Source: a candidate division FCPU426 bacterium
GTDB taxonomy: Bacteria > Oederibacteriota > Muellerivitia > Muellerivitales > Muellerivitaceae
Length of the DNA stretch: 64,000 bases
NCBI GenBank assembly: GCA_963771075.1
Contig: CAVYSE010000004.1
Span: 1 to 64,000 of the forward strand
Direction: 5' to 3'
A program made the position numbers and the translations under genes. This document shows positions 1 through 8,932 of this stretch, one piece after another (within the stretch, counting starts at the first letter, position 1; every line of letters begins with the position of its first letter). A model generated the notes under the pieces. The model was given only the letters and a program-made list of their open reading frames with translations, made no database searches and was not told the origin of the DNA.

Positions 1-205
1 GTTGGCGGCGGGGGTTTCCAACAATAAGTGATAGTGATTCTCCATCAAAACCCAGGCATGGCAATGCAAATAATATAACAACTTCAGCGAGTATTTTCAG
101 GAATAAACAACGATCTGAATCATCAAACACGATCTTCTCGTTCATTCCCTCGGGAAGTGACGTGATAAACAGCACCTTCATAATGGATTCTTTTTGCTCG
201 GGGCA
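1..205 (-). pseudogene. Y1 (IS200/RAYT-type) HUH transposase, 5' part, frameshifted; runs off the window edge
   Basis: Manual minus-strand translation gives three segments in shifted frames: ARAKRIHYEGAVYHVTSRGNER / IVFDDSDRCLFLKILAEVV / LHCHAWVLMENHYHLLLETPAAN. These match the YHVTSRGN and MxNHYH (HUH) motifs of RAYT-like transposases. Confidence 0.85.
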
Positions 206-297
206 TGGCGGAATCTTATCAAATACCGAATTGGTTTTAAGTGTTATGTGTTGGCCTGACCCTTATTACTTTCAGACTTCCCGAAAACCCATTCCGA

Positions 298-969
298 CTA
301 ATTTTTTAGCTTTAAGCGGTTCAGGTCTTTCGCCAGTAAATCCAAATCGGTCCGGTATTTCGGGTTGAATTTCACCGGTCCATAGACCGGAACGGCCAAA
401 AGCTTCCGCAGGACCAGGGCGTTCGACTTTTCCGACAGTTCTTTCCCCTTGTAGCCGTTCAATACCACGCCCAACACTTTGACCTCGCGCCTTTGAAGGG
501 CGTTCACCGTGAGCAGGGTGTGGTTGATCGTCCCCAGCCCCGCGCGGGCCACCACCAGCGTGGGCAATTTCCAGTTCACGATCCAGTCGATCGCGGAGAA
601 GTTACGGGTAATGGGCACCAAAACCCCGCCGATCCCCTCCACCACCACGCGGTCGTATTTCTTCAGGGCCTTATGAAAAGCCTTTTCGATCTTGGCGAGC
701 GGCACCGCGCCTTCTTTCCACGAGGCGGAAAAGGGGGCCAGGGGCTGTTTGAAATGGACGGGTACGATTTCGGGATAGGCGGAATCGGGCAATTTGGCGG
801 CTTTTTGCAGGAGCTTACCGTCTTCGCTGGGGTTACCGCCCGTCGCGACAGGCTTCAGGACCCCCACTTGGACGCCCCGGTTCACGAGCATCCGGGTGAT
901 GCCGGCGGCAATGAGGGTTTTACCGACTCCGGTATCGGTCCCACATACAAACATACCCATTTTAAACAT
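298..969 (-). CDS. bioD: Dethiobiotin synthetase (start may be ATG at 960)
   Basis: GTDTGVGKT P-loop, KPVATG, VVEGIGG, LGTINHTLLT motifs. Confidence 0.95.
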   Translation of the reverse strand: MFKMGMFVCGTDTGVGKTLIAAGITRMLVNRGVQVGVLKPVATGGNPSEDGKLLQKAAKLPDSAYPEIVPVHFKQPLAPFSASWKEGAVPLAKIEKAFHKALKKYDRVVVEGIGGVLVPITRNFSAIDWIVNWKLPTLVVARAGLGTINHTLLTVNALQRREVKVLGVVLNGYKGKELSEKSNALVLRKLLAVPVYGPVKFNPKYRTDLDLLAKDLNRLKLKN

Positions 970-984
970 TGGGGCTTACCAACT

Positions 985-1794
985 CTAATAAGCATTTTTT
1001 ACTAGTTGTTTTTCTTCGTATGAAAATTGCGTTCTTAGAAATTTGAAGAATTCGATCAATTCACCTTCTTTATAAACCTTCACACTAGGTCTAAGACGCG
1101 GCATGCTCTCAGCAAGATTTTTCCAATGTTTATCAAGTAGTACGATATCGGAATATGCGAGATTAACAACAGAATGAAAAAAATCAGTTACATCATTATC
1201 TTTAAACTGATCCTGTCTCGAAAATATGCTCTTAGCAGACCACTAAAAACAGCTCTGCAAAAACGCCTCTCCTCATAAGCTTTAATTATTATCTTTTTAT
1301 ACAATTCAAGAATAGTTTTACTCTTTGCAAATTCAACTCTCGATTCACTCAATAATGGTCTTTATTTCTCTTTGATTATCTTCCTTTTTTTTTAAATCTT
1401 CTCGATTTGCATTAACCAAATCTATAATTCGCGATAGCGTAAGTGGCCCACCATGAATTATCGGATAATACATTTTTAAAAAATCAATATCGACCCAGGG
1501 CGGAGAATTAGAAAAATTCGGATTCTCTTCATCTCGCATCACCGGCCCGGGACTCATTCTGGCCAAGGCCCACTGTTCACCAATTTCACTTAAAAATGAT
1601 TTTATTTCATCTAAAGAGCGCCCGTCGTCTTGACCAACAATGTCCAAGACATTTGCCCACGAAAATACAAGCGTTCCTTTACAACGGAAAAAACTTAAAA
1701 ATATGAACCTAAAATTATCTTCAGAAGAGATTCGTCTTAACGCCCAATGATCTAAGTGAATTGCTGGTTTTCTGATTTTTATATCAACATTCAA
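985..1794 (-). pseudogene. AT-rich, frameshifted PIN-like domain gene inserted between bioF and bioD
   Basis: ORF 1345..1794 starts IHLDHWAL. After frameshifts the reading resumes with FKDNDVTDFFHSVVNLAYSDIVLLDKHW and stops at 985. The acidic residue pattern is PIN-like and GC is far below the flanks. Confidence 0.55.
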
Positions 1795-1853
1795 AAGTCT
1801 TTTTGTTTAGTAACAATAATCATAAAGAATGTTCATAGAGTTAATTGCTAACA

Positions 1854-3008
1854 TTAAAGTTTCTTAAATGCATTGAATAACTTCCCGATATCCGCATCCG
1901 TATGCGCCCCGGAAACGGACAACCTCAAGCGGGCCGTGCCCTTGGGAACCGTGGGCGGGCGGATGGCCACCACAAGAACGCCTTCTTCCAGGAGTTTTTC
2001 GGACATCTTCAGCGCTTCCTCGTTTTCCCCCACGATAATGGGCATGATGGGCCCCGCGCCTCGGGGGATCTCATAACCCAAGGCCCTCAAACCCTCCCGT
2101 ACCTTCTTGGCGTTTTCCCAAAGCGTTTCGACCCTTTGGGGTTCCTGCTGTAAAACCTCCAGCGCCCCCAGGGAGGCCCCGCAAACGGCGGGTGCCAACC
2201 CGGTTGTATATATGAAGGTTCGGGCCCGGTTGACCAACGACTCGATGAACAATTTTGGCCCGCAAACAAACCCGCCCATGCTCCCCAGGGCCTTGCTGTA
2301 GGTACCAACGACCACTTGGGGGTGATGGAGCAGGGGAAAATGATGGGTAATGCCCTGCCCGGCGGGGCCCAAAACCCCGGTGCCGTGGGCGTCATCCACC
2401 AGGACCATGGCGTCATATTGGTTCGCCAGGTTCGTCACTTTCAAAAGGGGAACCAGGTCCCCATCCATGCTGAAAAGCGCGTCGGTGACCACCAGCCGGC
2501 GGCGGTATTTGCCCGCCCGGTCCAATTGTTTATGCAGGTCGATCAGATCCAAATGCTCGTAAACGATGAATTTGGCCTTGGAAGCCCGGCAGGCGTCGAT
2601 GAGGCTGGCGTGGTTCAAACGGTCGCACAAAACGGCGTCCTCATCCCCGACCAGTCCGGTCACGGCGGCCAGGTTGGCCATGTAGCCGGTCGGGAAGGCC
2701 AGGCAGGCCTCGGCGCCCTTGAACAGCGCGGTGATTTCTTCCAACTGCATGTGGATGGGGAAATGGCCCGACACCAGCCGGGACGCCTGGGCGGAAGCCC
2801 CGTAACGGACCAGGGCCCTTTGGGACCTTTCCAGGACCTTCGGATGGTCCGCCAGCCCCAGGTAGTTGTTGGTGCAAAAAAGGACGGAGTCTTTTCCGTT
2901 GATGGAGGCCTTCATGCCCCCCAGCGGTTCCACCACGCGCAGGCGCCGCCGGAGGCCCTGGGCGTCCAGTTCGTGGATTTCTTCGTGTAGTTCCTCAAGC
3001 CAACCCAA
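1854..3008 (-). CDS. bioF: 8-amino-7-oxononanoate synthase
   Basis: NNYLGLA, DRLNHASLID, FSMDGD, DDAHGTG, GTYSKALG (PLP lysine), IRPPTVP. Confidence 0.95.
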   Translation of the reverse strand: MGWLEELHEEIHELDAQGLRRRLRVVEPLGGMKASINGKDSVLFCTNNYLGLADHPKVLERSQRALVRYGASAQASRLVSGHFPIHMQLEEITALFKGAEACLAFPTGYMANLAAVTGLVGDEDAVLCDRLNHASLIDACRASKAKFIVYEHLDLIDLHKQLDRAGKYRRRLVVTDALFSMDGDLVPLLKVTNLANQYDAMVLVDDAHGTGVLGPAGQGITHHFPLLHHPQVVVGTYSKALGSMGGFVCGPKLFIESLVNRARTFIYTTGLAPAVCGASLGALEVLQQEPQRVETLWENAKKVREGLRALGYEIPRGAGPIMPIIVGENEEALKMSEKLLEEGVLVVAIRPPTVPKGTARLRLSVSGAHTDADIGKLFNAFKKL

Positions 3009-3081
3009 GAGATGCCTCAGTTATTCTTTGATCGAGTTTACGAATTTCCTTGTCCGTTCTGGCCCGCCCTGATTAAGTGAA

Positions 3082-3111
3082 GCTCAGCGAATGGGTCCCT
3101 GCCATGGCAAA
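3082..3111. repeat. Degenerate copy of the 30-bp 12-6-12 element
   Basis: GCTCAGCGAATG-GGTCCC-TGCCATGGCAAA: consensus spacer and a partial right arm, 17 bp from the hicA stop. Confidence 0.4.
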
Positions 3112-3128
3112 CAATATCGGAAAAAGTT

Positions 3129-3374
3129 CTAATTTCCGAATAATTTTAGGAGTACTTCCTGGCGGTCTAATTTGAGATGTTCAGCAACGTCCGAAAGTAT
3201 TGCTGACAATGTGCCGGTCCTGAGGGGGTTATGGGCGGGGATGGTAATGTGATGCTGGCCATTTTGGATCGTCGTCAACCGCATGTGGCTTCCGGTTTGG
3301 CGGGTGATTTCATAACCGAAAACTTTAAGTTCTTTGGCAAGGTCTTCTCCCGACAAGTTTCTCGGGAGCCTCAT
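3129..3374 (-). CDS. hicA: HicA-family mRNA interferase toxin
   Basis: 81 aa, RQTGSHMRL ... ITIPAH ... GTLSAIL. Confidence 0.9.
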   Translation of the reverse strand: MRLPRNLSGEDLAKELKVFGYEITRQTGSHMRLTTIQNGQHHITIPAHNPLRTGTLSAILSDVAEHLKLDRQEVLLKLFGN

Positions 3375-3577
3375 ACCGCGATGGTTTCCTCACGCACAAA
3401 ATGGAGCCGGATGACCTTAGGCATCTTATTTTCTTCAAAATGGCATTTAACCGCGTCACGAATCTGACCGTGAAGCTGGTCAAGGTTGTCGGCTTCGGTA
3501 AAAATGGATTCACCCAAAGCGCGGGCTATATAGCCCCCTTCCGGCGAATCTTCGATCATAAAAATCAACTCGTTCAT
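3371..3577 (-). CDS. hicB: Short HicB-like antitoxin
   Basis: 68 aa, EGGYIARALGESIFTEADNLDQL...IRDAV; ATGA overlap with hicA. Confidence 0.8.
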   Translation of the reverse strand: MNELIFMIEDSPEGGYIARALGESIFTEADNLDQLHGQIRDAVKCHFEENKMPKVIRLHFVREETIAV

Positions 3578-3670
3578 GACAACCTCCAGAAGGCATTATA
3601 TAAAAGGTATTGGCTTTAAACGACAACCCCATTTGGTCCATTTATTTAAGGGCATTTAAGCCGTTTTTCT

Positions 3671-3700
3671 TTGTCCACATAAGGTTCCCGCCTTGGACAA
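3671..3700. repeat. 30-bp 12-6-12 palindromic element
   Basis: TTGTCCACATAA-GGTTCC-CGCCTTGGACAA. Confidence 0.85.
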
Positions 3701-3805
3701 ACCGGGCCGGTCTCATTTTCCACTGGTTCCAAATGCTGGATCAGTCTTATGAATCACATCACTAAGACCAACTTGGTGCCTTGGTGGTAATGATTGGCGT
3801 TGTCT

Positions 3806-4988
3806 TTAGATCCTAGAAAATATCACCGCGCCTAATTGTCCCCCAAACCCATATGAAAGAGAAAGTGTGTGGTCCACCTTTTCTTTCACGCCCCCCTCGG
3901 GCACCAGCTTGATCCGGCATTCAGGGTCTTGGTGCCGCAGGCCCCGGTTGGGCGGCAGCTGCCCCTCGGCCAGGGCCATGACGCAAAGGACGGCTTCCAC
4001 GCTTCCCGCCGCGCCCAAGAGGTGCCCCGTCGAACCCTTGGTGGAACTCACCCAGGGCCGGTCCCCGAAGACCTCAAAGAGGGCCTTGGATTCCACCCGG
4101 TCGTTGAACCGGGTTCCGGTTCCGTGGGCGTTAATATAGCCGATATCCTGGGGGCGAAGGCCCGCCCTTTCCAGGGCCAGGCGGATCAGGTGGACGATCG
4201 TCTTACCCGTGGGGTCCACTTCCAAGGCCGCGTGGGCGTCCCCCACCAGGGCCCAGCCGCTGAGCCGCGCCAATGGCGTTCGCCTTTCTTTTTTTCGCCC
4301 TCCCCTCGTTTTCAACGATCAAGACCCCCGCGCCTTCGCCCATGATGAAACCGTCCCGCTGGGTGTCAAAGGGAGAGGGGCCATCGGCCTTCTCGCTCAT
4401 CAAACCCATCCGCTGGAACCCGGCATAAATGAGGGGGTGGATGGAGGATTCGGTGCTTCCCGCCACTACCGCGTCGCAATCCCCCGAAAGGATCATGCGG
4501 GCGGCCATGGCCAGGCTTCCGATTCCCGTGGAACAGGCGGAGGATACCGATAGGGCGGGCCCGGAAAAACCGAATTCCTGGGCGAGTAGACACCCCGCCG
4601 CGTGGGGGAAAAAGTCGGAAAGGAAATCCCAATCGACCTGGCTGGGATCCCCGGCCGCTTCCAGCAGGCTCCACAGGCCGCCCTTACTGGAGGAGAAGGT
4701 GGTGCCGATCTTTCCGGGCGCCACCCGAAAGAGGTTTCCCTGTTTCCAAGCCTCATAGGCGGCCACATAGCCCAATTGCAGGGACCGGTCGCGGGTCAGG
4801 AACCTTTGGGGTATCCAAACCTCCAGGGCCTGGGCCGCGCGGGGCCAAAAAAAGCCCTTCCACTCGGGGCCCTTGAGGAAGGTGTGGGCCCAATCCCCTG
4901 CCATGATCCTGGAAAAGGTCATGGGGGCATCCGCGCCCAGGGGGGTGACCATGCCATAGCCCGTGATAACCAGAGGGGTCATAGCCAT
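3806..4988 (-). pseudogene. fabF: FabF-like beta-ketoacyl-ACP synthase split by a single +1 frameshift near 4280-4295 (real or sequencing error)
   Basis: N-terminal ORF has SSACSTG (catalytic Cys), PFD..RDGFIMGEGAG. C-terminal ORF has INAHGTGT, STKGSTGHLLGAAG, SYGFGG. Confidence 0.85.
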
Positions 4989-5710
4989 CCCGGCAGGCGG
5001 GAATCCAAATTAAAGACCTGGCCCGATATGTTGCGCGTGGAGGCCAGCCAAAGGAAGAAGGAACAAACCTCGTCCAGGTCCGCGCTTTTGCCCAGCAGGT
5101 GACGGGAGAGGATGGCGGCTTCGGCCTCGGGTGTGAGGCCCTCGGCCAGCCTGGTCTTGTGGAATCCGGGGTTCACCACGTTCACCCGGATGTCGCGGGA
5201 GCCGTATTCTTGCGCCAGGCTCCGGGCCAGCCCCACCAGCCCCGCCTTGGCGGAGGTGTAGGCCGCCTGCCCGATATTGCCCGTCGAGGCAACGATGGAT
5301 GAAATGAAAATGATCTGCCCCCCTTCCTGCTTCATCAGGGGTTTCAAGAGGGTTTGGGAAAGGTGGAAGGCCCCCTTCAAGTGGACTTGCAGGGTTTCGT
5401 CCCATTGCGCTTCTTCGATGTTGAGGATGCGCGCGTTATGCGTGACCCCGGCGTTATGGATGGCGCATTCAATCGTTGTCCGGCGCCCCAAAACGTCTTG
5501 GACCCAGGCTTGGACTTCGGAGGCCCGGGCCACGTCGCAGCGGGTGATTTCGCAGGCGGGATTGATCTTCTTCAGGGTTTCCCTGGCATGGGAGGCCGAC
5601 GCCTCGTCCTGGTGGTAGCAGGCTTCGACCGCCCAGCCCTTTTGGGCGAAGGCCTGGGCCAAAGCGAAGCCGATGCCCCGCGTACCGCCGGTGATTAAGA
5701 TTGTAGGCAT
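4979..5710 (-). CDS. fabG: 3-oxoacyl-ACP reductase, SDR family (ORF track start 5716)
   Basis: TGGTRGIG, HNAG, SS, GNIGQAAYTSAK (YxxxK), NVVNPG. Confidence 0.85.
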   Translation of the reverse strand: MPTILITGGTRGIGFALAQAFAQKGWAVEACYHQDEASASHARETLKKINPACEITRCDVARASEVQAWVQDVLGRRTTIECAIHNAGVTHNARILNIEEAQWDETLQVHLKGAFHLSQTLLKPLMKQEGGQIIFISSIVASTGNIGQAAYTSAKAGLVGLARSLAQEYGSRDIRVNVVNPGFHKTRLAEGLTPEAEAAILSRHLLGKSADLDEVCSFFLWLASTRNISGQVFNLDSRLPGWL

Positions 5711-5736
5711 CTGCAATGGCTCCCCATTGTGGACAG
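5707..5736. repeat. 30-bp 12-6-12 element, left arm overlapping the fabG start
   Basis: GCATCTGCAATG-GCTCCC-CATTGTGGACAG. Confidence 0.7.
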
Positions 5737-5745
5737 ATTTTTCCG

Positions 5746-6090
5746 TTATTCTAATAAAACGATTTTGAGATTTTCTATTAACTTCACCTTATCCAATGGG
5801 CCTAACTCACCCAAGTGTGCCACAAAACGGCGATTATCAATCGCCCTAATTTGATCGACTAATATGTCGGAATCTTTTTTAAGGCCGTTTCCTTTTTTGG
5901 AAAGGTGAACTCGCAGGATATCAGCTCCAGGGATAATTTTGGTGGTGATGGGACAAATAATGGTACTGGGGTGTTGCCCGTCATTTAAAAGGTTGGTTTG
6001 GATAACAACAATCGGCCTGGTCTTGCCGGACTTGGTACCGAAACGCGGGCTTAGGTCTGCCAGGTACAGGTTGAATTTCCTGATCTTCAT
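5746..6090 (-). CDS. mazF: PemK/MazF-family endoribonuclease toxin
   Basis: LADLSPRFGTKSGKTRPIVVIQ, ICPITT, DQIRAIDNRR. Confidence 0.92.
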   Translation of the reverse strand: MKIRKFNLYLADLSPRFGTKSGKTRPIVVIQTNLLNDGQHPSTIICPITTKIIPGADILRVHLSKKGNGLKKDSDILVDQIRAIDNRRFVAHLGELGPLDKVKLIENLKIVLLE

Positions 6091-6326
6091 TCGATGGTTG
6101 CTTCCTCGAGTTTTTCCATCTCACTCAGGATGTCCATGGAGTTCTTGCGGGTGAGCAGGGATTCCTTCAGCAGCTTTTTCCTGAGCCCTTTTCGGCGGTT
6201 GAATTCATTGTAAAAACTCAGCGCCTCGTTGATATAGGCGTTTCGCGGCATCTGAAGTGCCTTGGTGATGGTTTCAACATCCTCGAAAATCTCACCTTTT
6301 ATTTTAAGCGACAGGACTTTGGTCAT
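6087..6326 (-). CDS. Ribbon-helix-helix antitoxin partner of MazF
   Basis: 79 aa, KVLSLKI...MPRNAYINEAL; ATGA overlap with the toxin. Confidence 0.8.
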   Translation of the reverse strand: MTKVLSLKIKGEIFEDVETITKALQMPRNAYINEALSFYNEFNRRKGLRKKLLKESLLTRKNSMDILSEMEKLEEATIE

Positions 6327-6339
6327 TTTTCAGCACCTC

Positions 6340-6370
6340 AAAAGGTATATACTTATAGTATATACCTTTT
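6340..6370. promoter_or_regulatory. Perfect palindrome, likely antitoxin operator
   Basis: AAAAGGTATATACT-TAT-AGTATATACCTTTT, 14 bp upstream of the antitoxin start. Confidence 0.75.
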
Positions 6371-6402
6371 TTGTTTGAAGGAGGAAATGATTGCTTAATG
6401 GT

Positions 6403-6432
6403 TTGTCCAAGACGGGACCTCGTCGTGGACAA
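6403..6432. repeat. 30-bp 12-6-12 element (most symmetric copy)
   Basis: TTGTCCAAGACG-GGACCT-CGTCGTGGACAA, arms 11/12 complementary. Confidence 0.9.
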
Positions 6433-6437
6433 GAATT

Positions 6438-6968
6438 TTATTTTTGGGGTTTGAACTGTATGGGTGGAATGGATTCGGTATTGGCGTCCAGGACCATCAG
6501 ACCACCGTTCGTATTCTTGGTGTCAGCGGGATAAAATCGGATCACCTTTAACGCCGTCATTTTAAATACATAATTGGTTTTCCCAGTCGAATCAATCCAT
6601 CTGAATTCGCCGGTGGCATTGGGCGAAGGGCCTTTGCCGGCCTGGTTTTTGGCCCAAAAAACGAAAGGTGGCGGAACATCCGAATCCAGAATGAAAGTCA
6701 TGTATCCGTTTGGATCGCTCCCCGGCTCTTGGACGTTCAACATCTTTCCCTGTTTTTTGAGGGTCATAAGCACAGAAAGGCTGATTCCCTTATAAGATTT
6801 GATCGGCACTTCAAAGGTTTGGCCATCCGGCGTGGATATGTGGAGATAATTTTTAGAAACCTTGCCGGCAGGTACGGGTGTTGGATCAGTCCCCGCCAAG
6901 GCAGTGCCAGAGAAAATCATAAAAAATCCGACACTCAAGCCTACGAAAAGCTTCAAATTATTTTTCAT
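6438..6968 (-). CDS. Secreted hypothetical protein
   Basis: Signal peptide MKNNLKLFVGLSVGFFMIFSGTALA; no family recognised. Confidence 0.7.
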   Translation of the reverse strand: MKNNLKLFVGLSVGFFMIFSGTALAGTDPTPVPAGKVSKNYLHISTPDGQTFEVPIKSYKGISLSVLMTLKKQGKMLNVQEPGSDPNGYMTFILDSDVPPPFVFWAKNQAGKGPSPNATGEFRWIDSTGKTNYVFKMTALKVIRFYPADTKNTNGGLMVLDANTESIPPIQFKPQK

Positions 6969-7034
6969 TTTCCGCCTCTTTCTCTGTTCACGATGGGCCA
7001 TTATTGTTGACAACCGAATTAGGAATTACCTGAG

Positions 7035-7451
7035 TCAATCCGGTATGGCAAGCGGCACTACTTGTCGGCCGTTTCTCCGATAAACTCTAAAATCACTATC
7101 CAGGGTTAAAACAATGGATTTAGGGTCCAACTCGGACATTTTAACGAGGCAGGCATCCGCCAAGGACATGGGCACGCTGGAATATCTAGTCATTAGGACC
7201 TCAACAGCGGTCAAGTGGGGTTCCAATCGAAAAGATAGGTCCAGTACACCGCGATCCAATAGACCAAACACCGCCTGGGCGCCACCTTTCATCCCACGCA
7301 CTAAAAAACAAGCTTCAGAAATAACCGGCTCGCAGGTCGCCAGCGGCGGATCAATGGATTCGAAAAGTTCGCGGGCCCAAGCGTGATAGTGATCTCGGCT
7401 GTTCAGGAGCGCGACAATGGGGCCCGTGTCAACAATGTAGTTTTGTTTCAT
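7035..7451 (-). CDS. vapC: VapC/PIN-domain toxin
   Basis: IVDTGPIVA, VISEA, SLADACLV, LTLDSDF. Confidence 0.92.
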   Translation of the reverse strand: MKQNYIVDTGPIVALLNSRDHYHAWARELFESIDPPLATCEPVISEACFLVRGMKGGAQAVFGLLDRGVLDLSFRLEPHLTAVEVLMTRYSSVPMSLADACLVKMSELDPKSIVLTLDSDFRVYRRNGRQVVPLAIPD

Positions 7452-7675
7452 TCACCATACCCGCGCATGTGCTTGGGCGCGGTGGCTAAATCGGAGGCAC
7501 CACGGAGTGCTCCTACCAATTCCCCCGCTAAATCAGCCGCGGAACGTTTACGCTGTCCGGCAAGACCGTTCAAAGCTTCCCTCAAAACGGCAGACCGGCT
7601 GATATGTCGCTTCCGGGCCAAGGTATCCAATTCCAGCTCCAGGGATTCAGGTATTTTAACGGTAATCGTCTTCAT
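7448..7675 (-). CDS. CopG/RHH antitoxin
   Basis: MKTITVKIPE...ISRSAVLREAL ... DLATAPKHMRGYGE; overlaps the vapC start. Confidence 0.85.
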   Translation of the reverse strand: MKTITVKIPESLELELDTLARKRHISRSAVLREALNGLAGQRKRSAADLAGELVGALRGASDLATAPKHMRGYGE

Positions 7676-7819
7676 GCGGTCCTCCAAAGGTAATACGGTT
7701 ATGTCATTATGGTAACACGATGTCTTTGGCCTCATCAAGAGGGAACATATTCCCCGTTTTGAAGCTTTGCACCGCGCTGTGGATTTGTAGGCTCACCCAC
7801 GTGGAAAGACTCTCTTACC

Positions 7820-7849
7820 TTGTTCACTCCGGGTCCCCGTCGTGGACTT
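7820..7849. repeat. 30-bp 12-6-12 element
   Basis: TTGTTCACTCCG-GGTCCC-CGTCGTGGACTT. Confidence 0.85.
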
Positions 7850-7852
7850 TGT

Positions 7853-8200
7853 TTAGTGGGCCTTTAAAACCCTACGTTGATCGAAAGGGTTGAAGCCGAA
7901 AGGCTTGCAAATCTTTAGGATGCTTCCAAACTTCGGGTCTCTATTTTTGGCGAGTACCCGATAGACACTCTCCCGAGGCATACCCGATTGTTTCGACAAC
8001 CATCCCACCCCACCATGGGCTTCCGCGACATCCCGGAGAGCAAGCTGGAAAACAGATCCGTTGCCGTCGTCTAAGCTTCGATCATAGGCTTCGCGCAAAT
8101 ATTCCCGAGCTTCTTTTGGATCGCTTAGTTTTGAAAGGAGGTAATCTTTAAAATCCCCTTCCGCTTGGTATTTCTTTTTCTTAATGGCTGTGTTTTTCAT
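7853..8200 (-). CDS. Addiction-module antidote (HigA-like HTH antitoxin)
   Basis: ALRDVAEAHGGVGWLSKQSGMPRESVYRVLAKNRDPKFGSI; GGGGG RBS before ATG 8200. Confidence 0.88.
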   Translation of the reverse strand: MKNTAIKKKKYQAEGDFKDYLLSKLSDPKEAREYLREAYDRSLDDGNGSVFQLALRDVAEAHGGVGWLSKQSGMPRESVYRVLAKNRDPKFGSILKICKPFGFNPFDQRRVLKAH

Positions 8201-8210
8201 GTTGCCCCCC

Positions 8211-8540
8211 TTATTCATTTCTCGCTTTGTGGTCTTCCATGTATTTACGTGCGGTTGCGATATCCCTGTCTTGACCCCTTTTTGTTCCTCCACTCAATAG
8301 CAAGACGATGAAACCCCTGGCCCAGGTGTAATAAACCCTATAACCTGGTCCCATGTTGATTTTGATTTCGTGAAGACCACCGCCTTTGTTCTCGCAATTA
8401 CTAAAGTTTCCTTCCCTAACTCGGCCGATGTAGGTGAGAACTGTAGCGCGCGGTCCCCGATCCAACGAATCCAACCATTCTCGAACAGGGTATTTGCCGT
8501 CCTTCGTCAGATAATCCTTCATGCCTTGAGGTTTATCCAT
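8211..8540 (-). CDS. RelE/HigB-family addiction-module killer toxin
   Basis: GKYPVREWLDSL, GNFSN, GLHEIKINMGPGYRVYY, LLLSGGTKRGQDRDI. Confidence 0.9.
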   Translation of the reverse strand: MDKPQGMKDYLTKDGKYPVREWLDSLDRGPRATVLTYIGRVREGNFSNCENKGGGLHEIKINMGPGYRVYYTWARGFIVLLLSGGTKRGQDRDIATARKYMEDHKARNE

Positions 8541-8548
8541 ACGTTAAA

Positions 8549-8566
8549 TGTAACACTTGTGTTACA
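8549..8566. promoter_or_regulatory. Palindromic operator upstream of the killer gene
   Basis: TGTAACAC-TT-GTGTTACA, 9 bp from the ATG. Confidence 0.7.
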
Positions 8567-8582
8567 ACCTTTCAATAGTTTA

Positions 8583-8612
8583 TTGTTCCTTATGGGTCCC
8601 CGTTGTGGACAA
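8583..8612. repeat. 30-bp 12-6-12 element
   Basis: TTGTTCCTTATG-GGTCCC-CGTTGTGGACAA. Confidence 0.85.
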
Positions 8613-8617
8613 CCTTT

Positions 8618-8932
8618 CTAGCTCGCCTTGCGGAAATCAAACGTTATACCCAAATGGGCTCCACAGGCAGCCGCAATTTTTCGAAGAAAACTTAAGGAGG
8701 GCACCGAACGATAGACACCACTTTCCACACTGGAGATGGCACTTTGCTTGGTTCCTATCCTTTTGGCCAAAGCCGCCTGGCTCAAACCCGCATGCTCCCG
8801 CGCTTTCTTAATTGCCGTGGCCATGTGGAATTTTTCTTCCTGCTGTTTAATCAAAATAGCGACCTTCGGATCTTTCTCAAGTTTCTTGAAAAAGTCTGAC
8901 GGGTCGTAATAGGGCTTACTCGCTTTTTTCAT
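8618..8932 (-). CDS. Xre/HTH antitoxin (HigA-type)
   Basis: AREHAGLSQAALAKRIGTKQSAISSVESG...PSLSFLRKIAAACG. Confidence 0.88.
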   Translation of the reverse strand: MKKASKPYYDPSDFFKKLEKDPKVAILIKQQEEKFHMATAIKKAREHAGLSQAALAKRIGTKQSAISSVESGVYRSVPSLSFLRKIAAACGAHLGITFDFRKAS

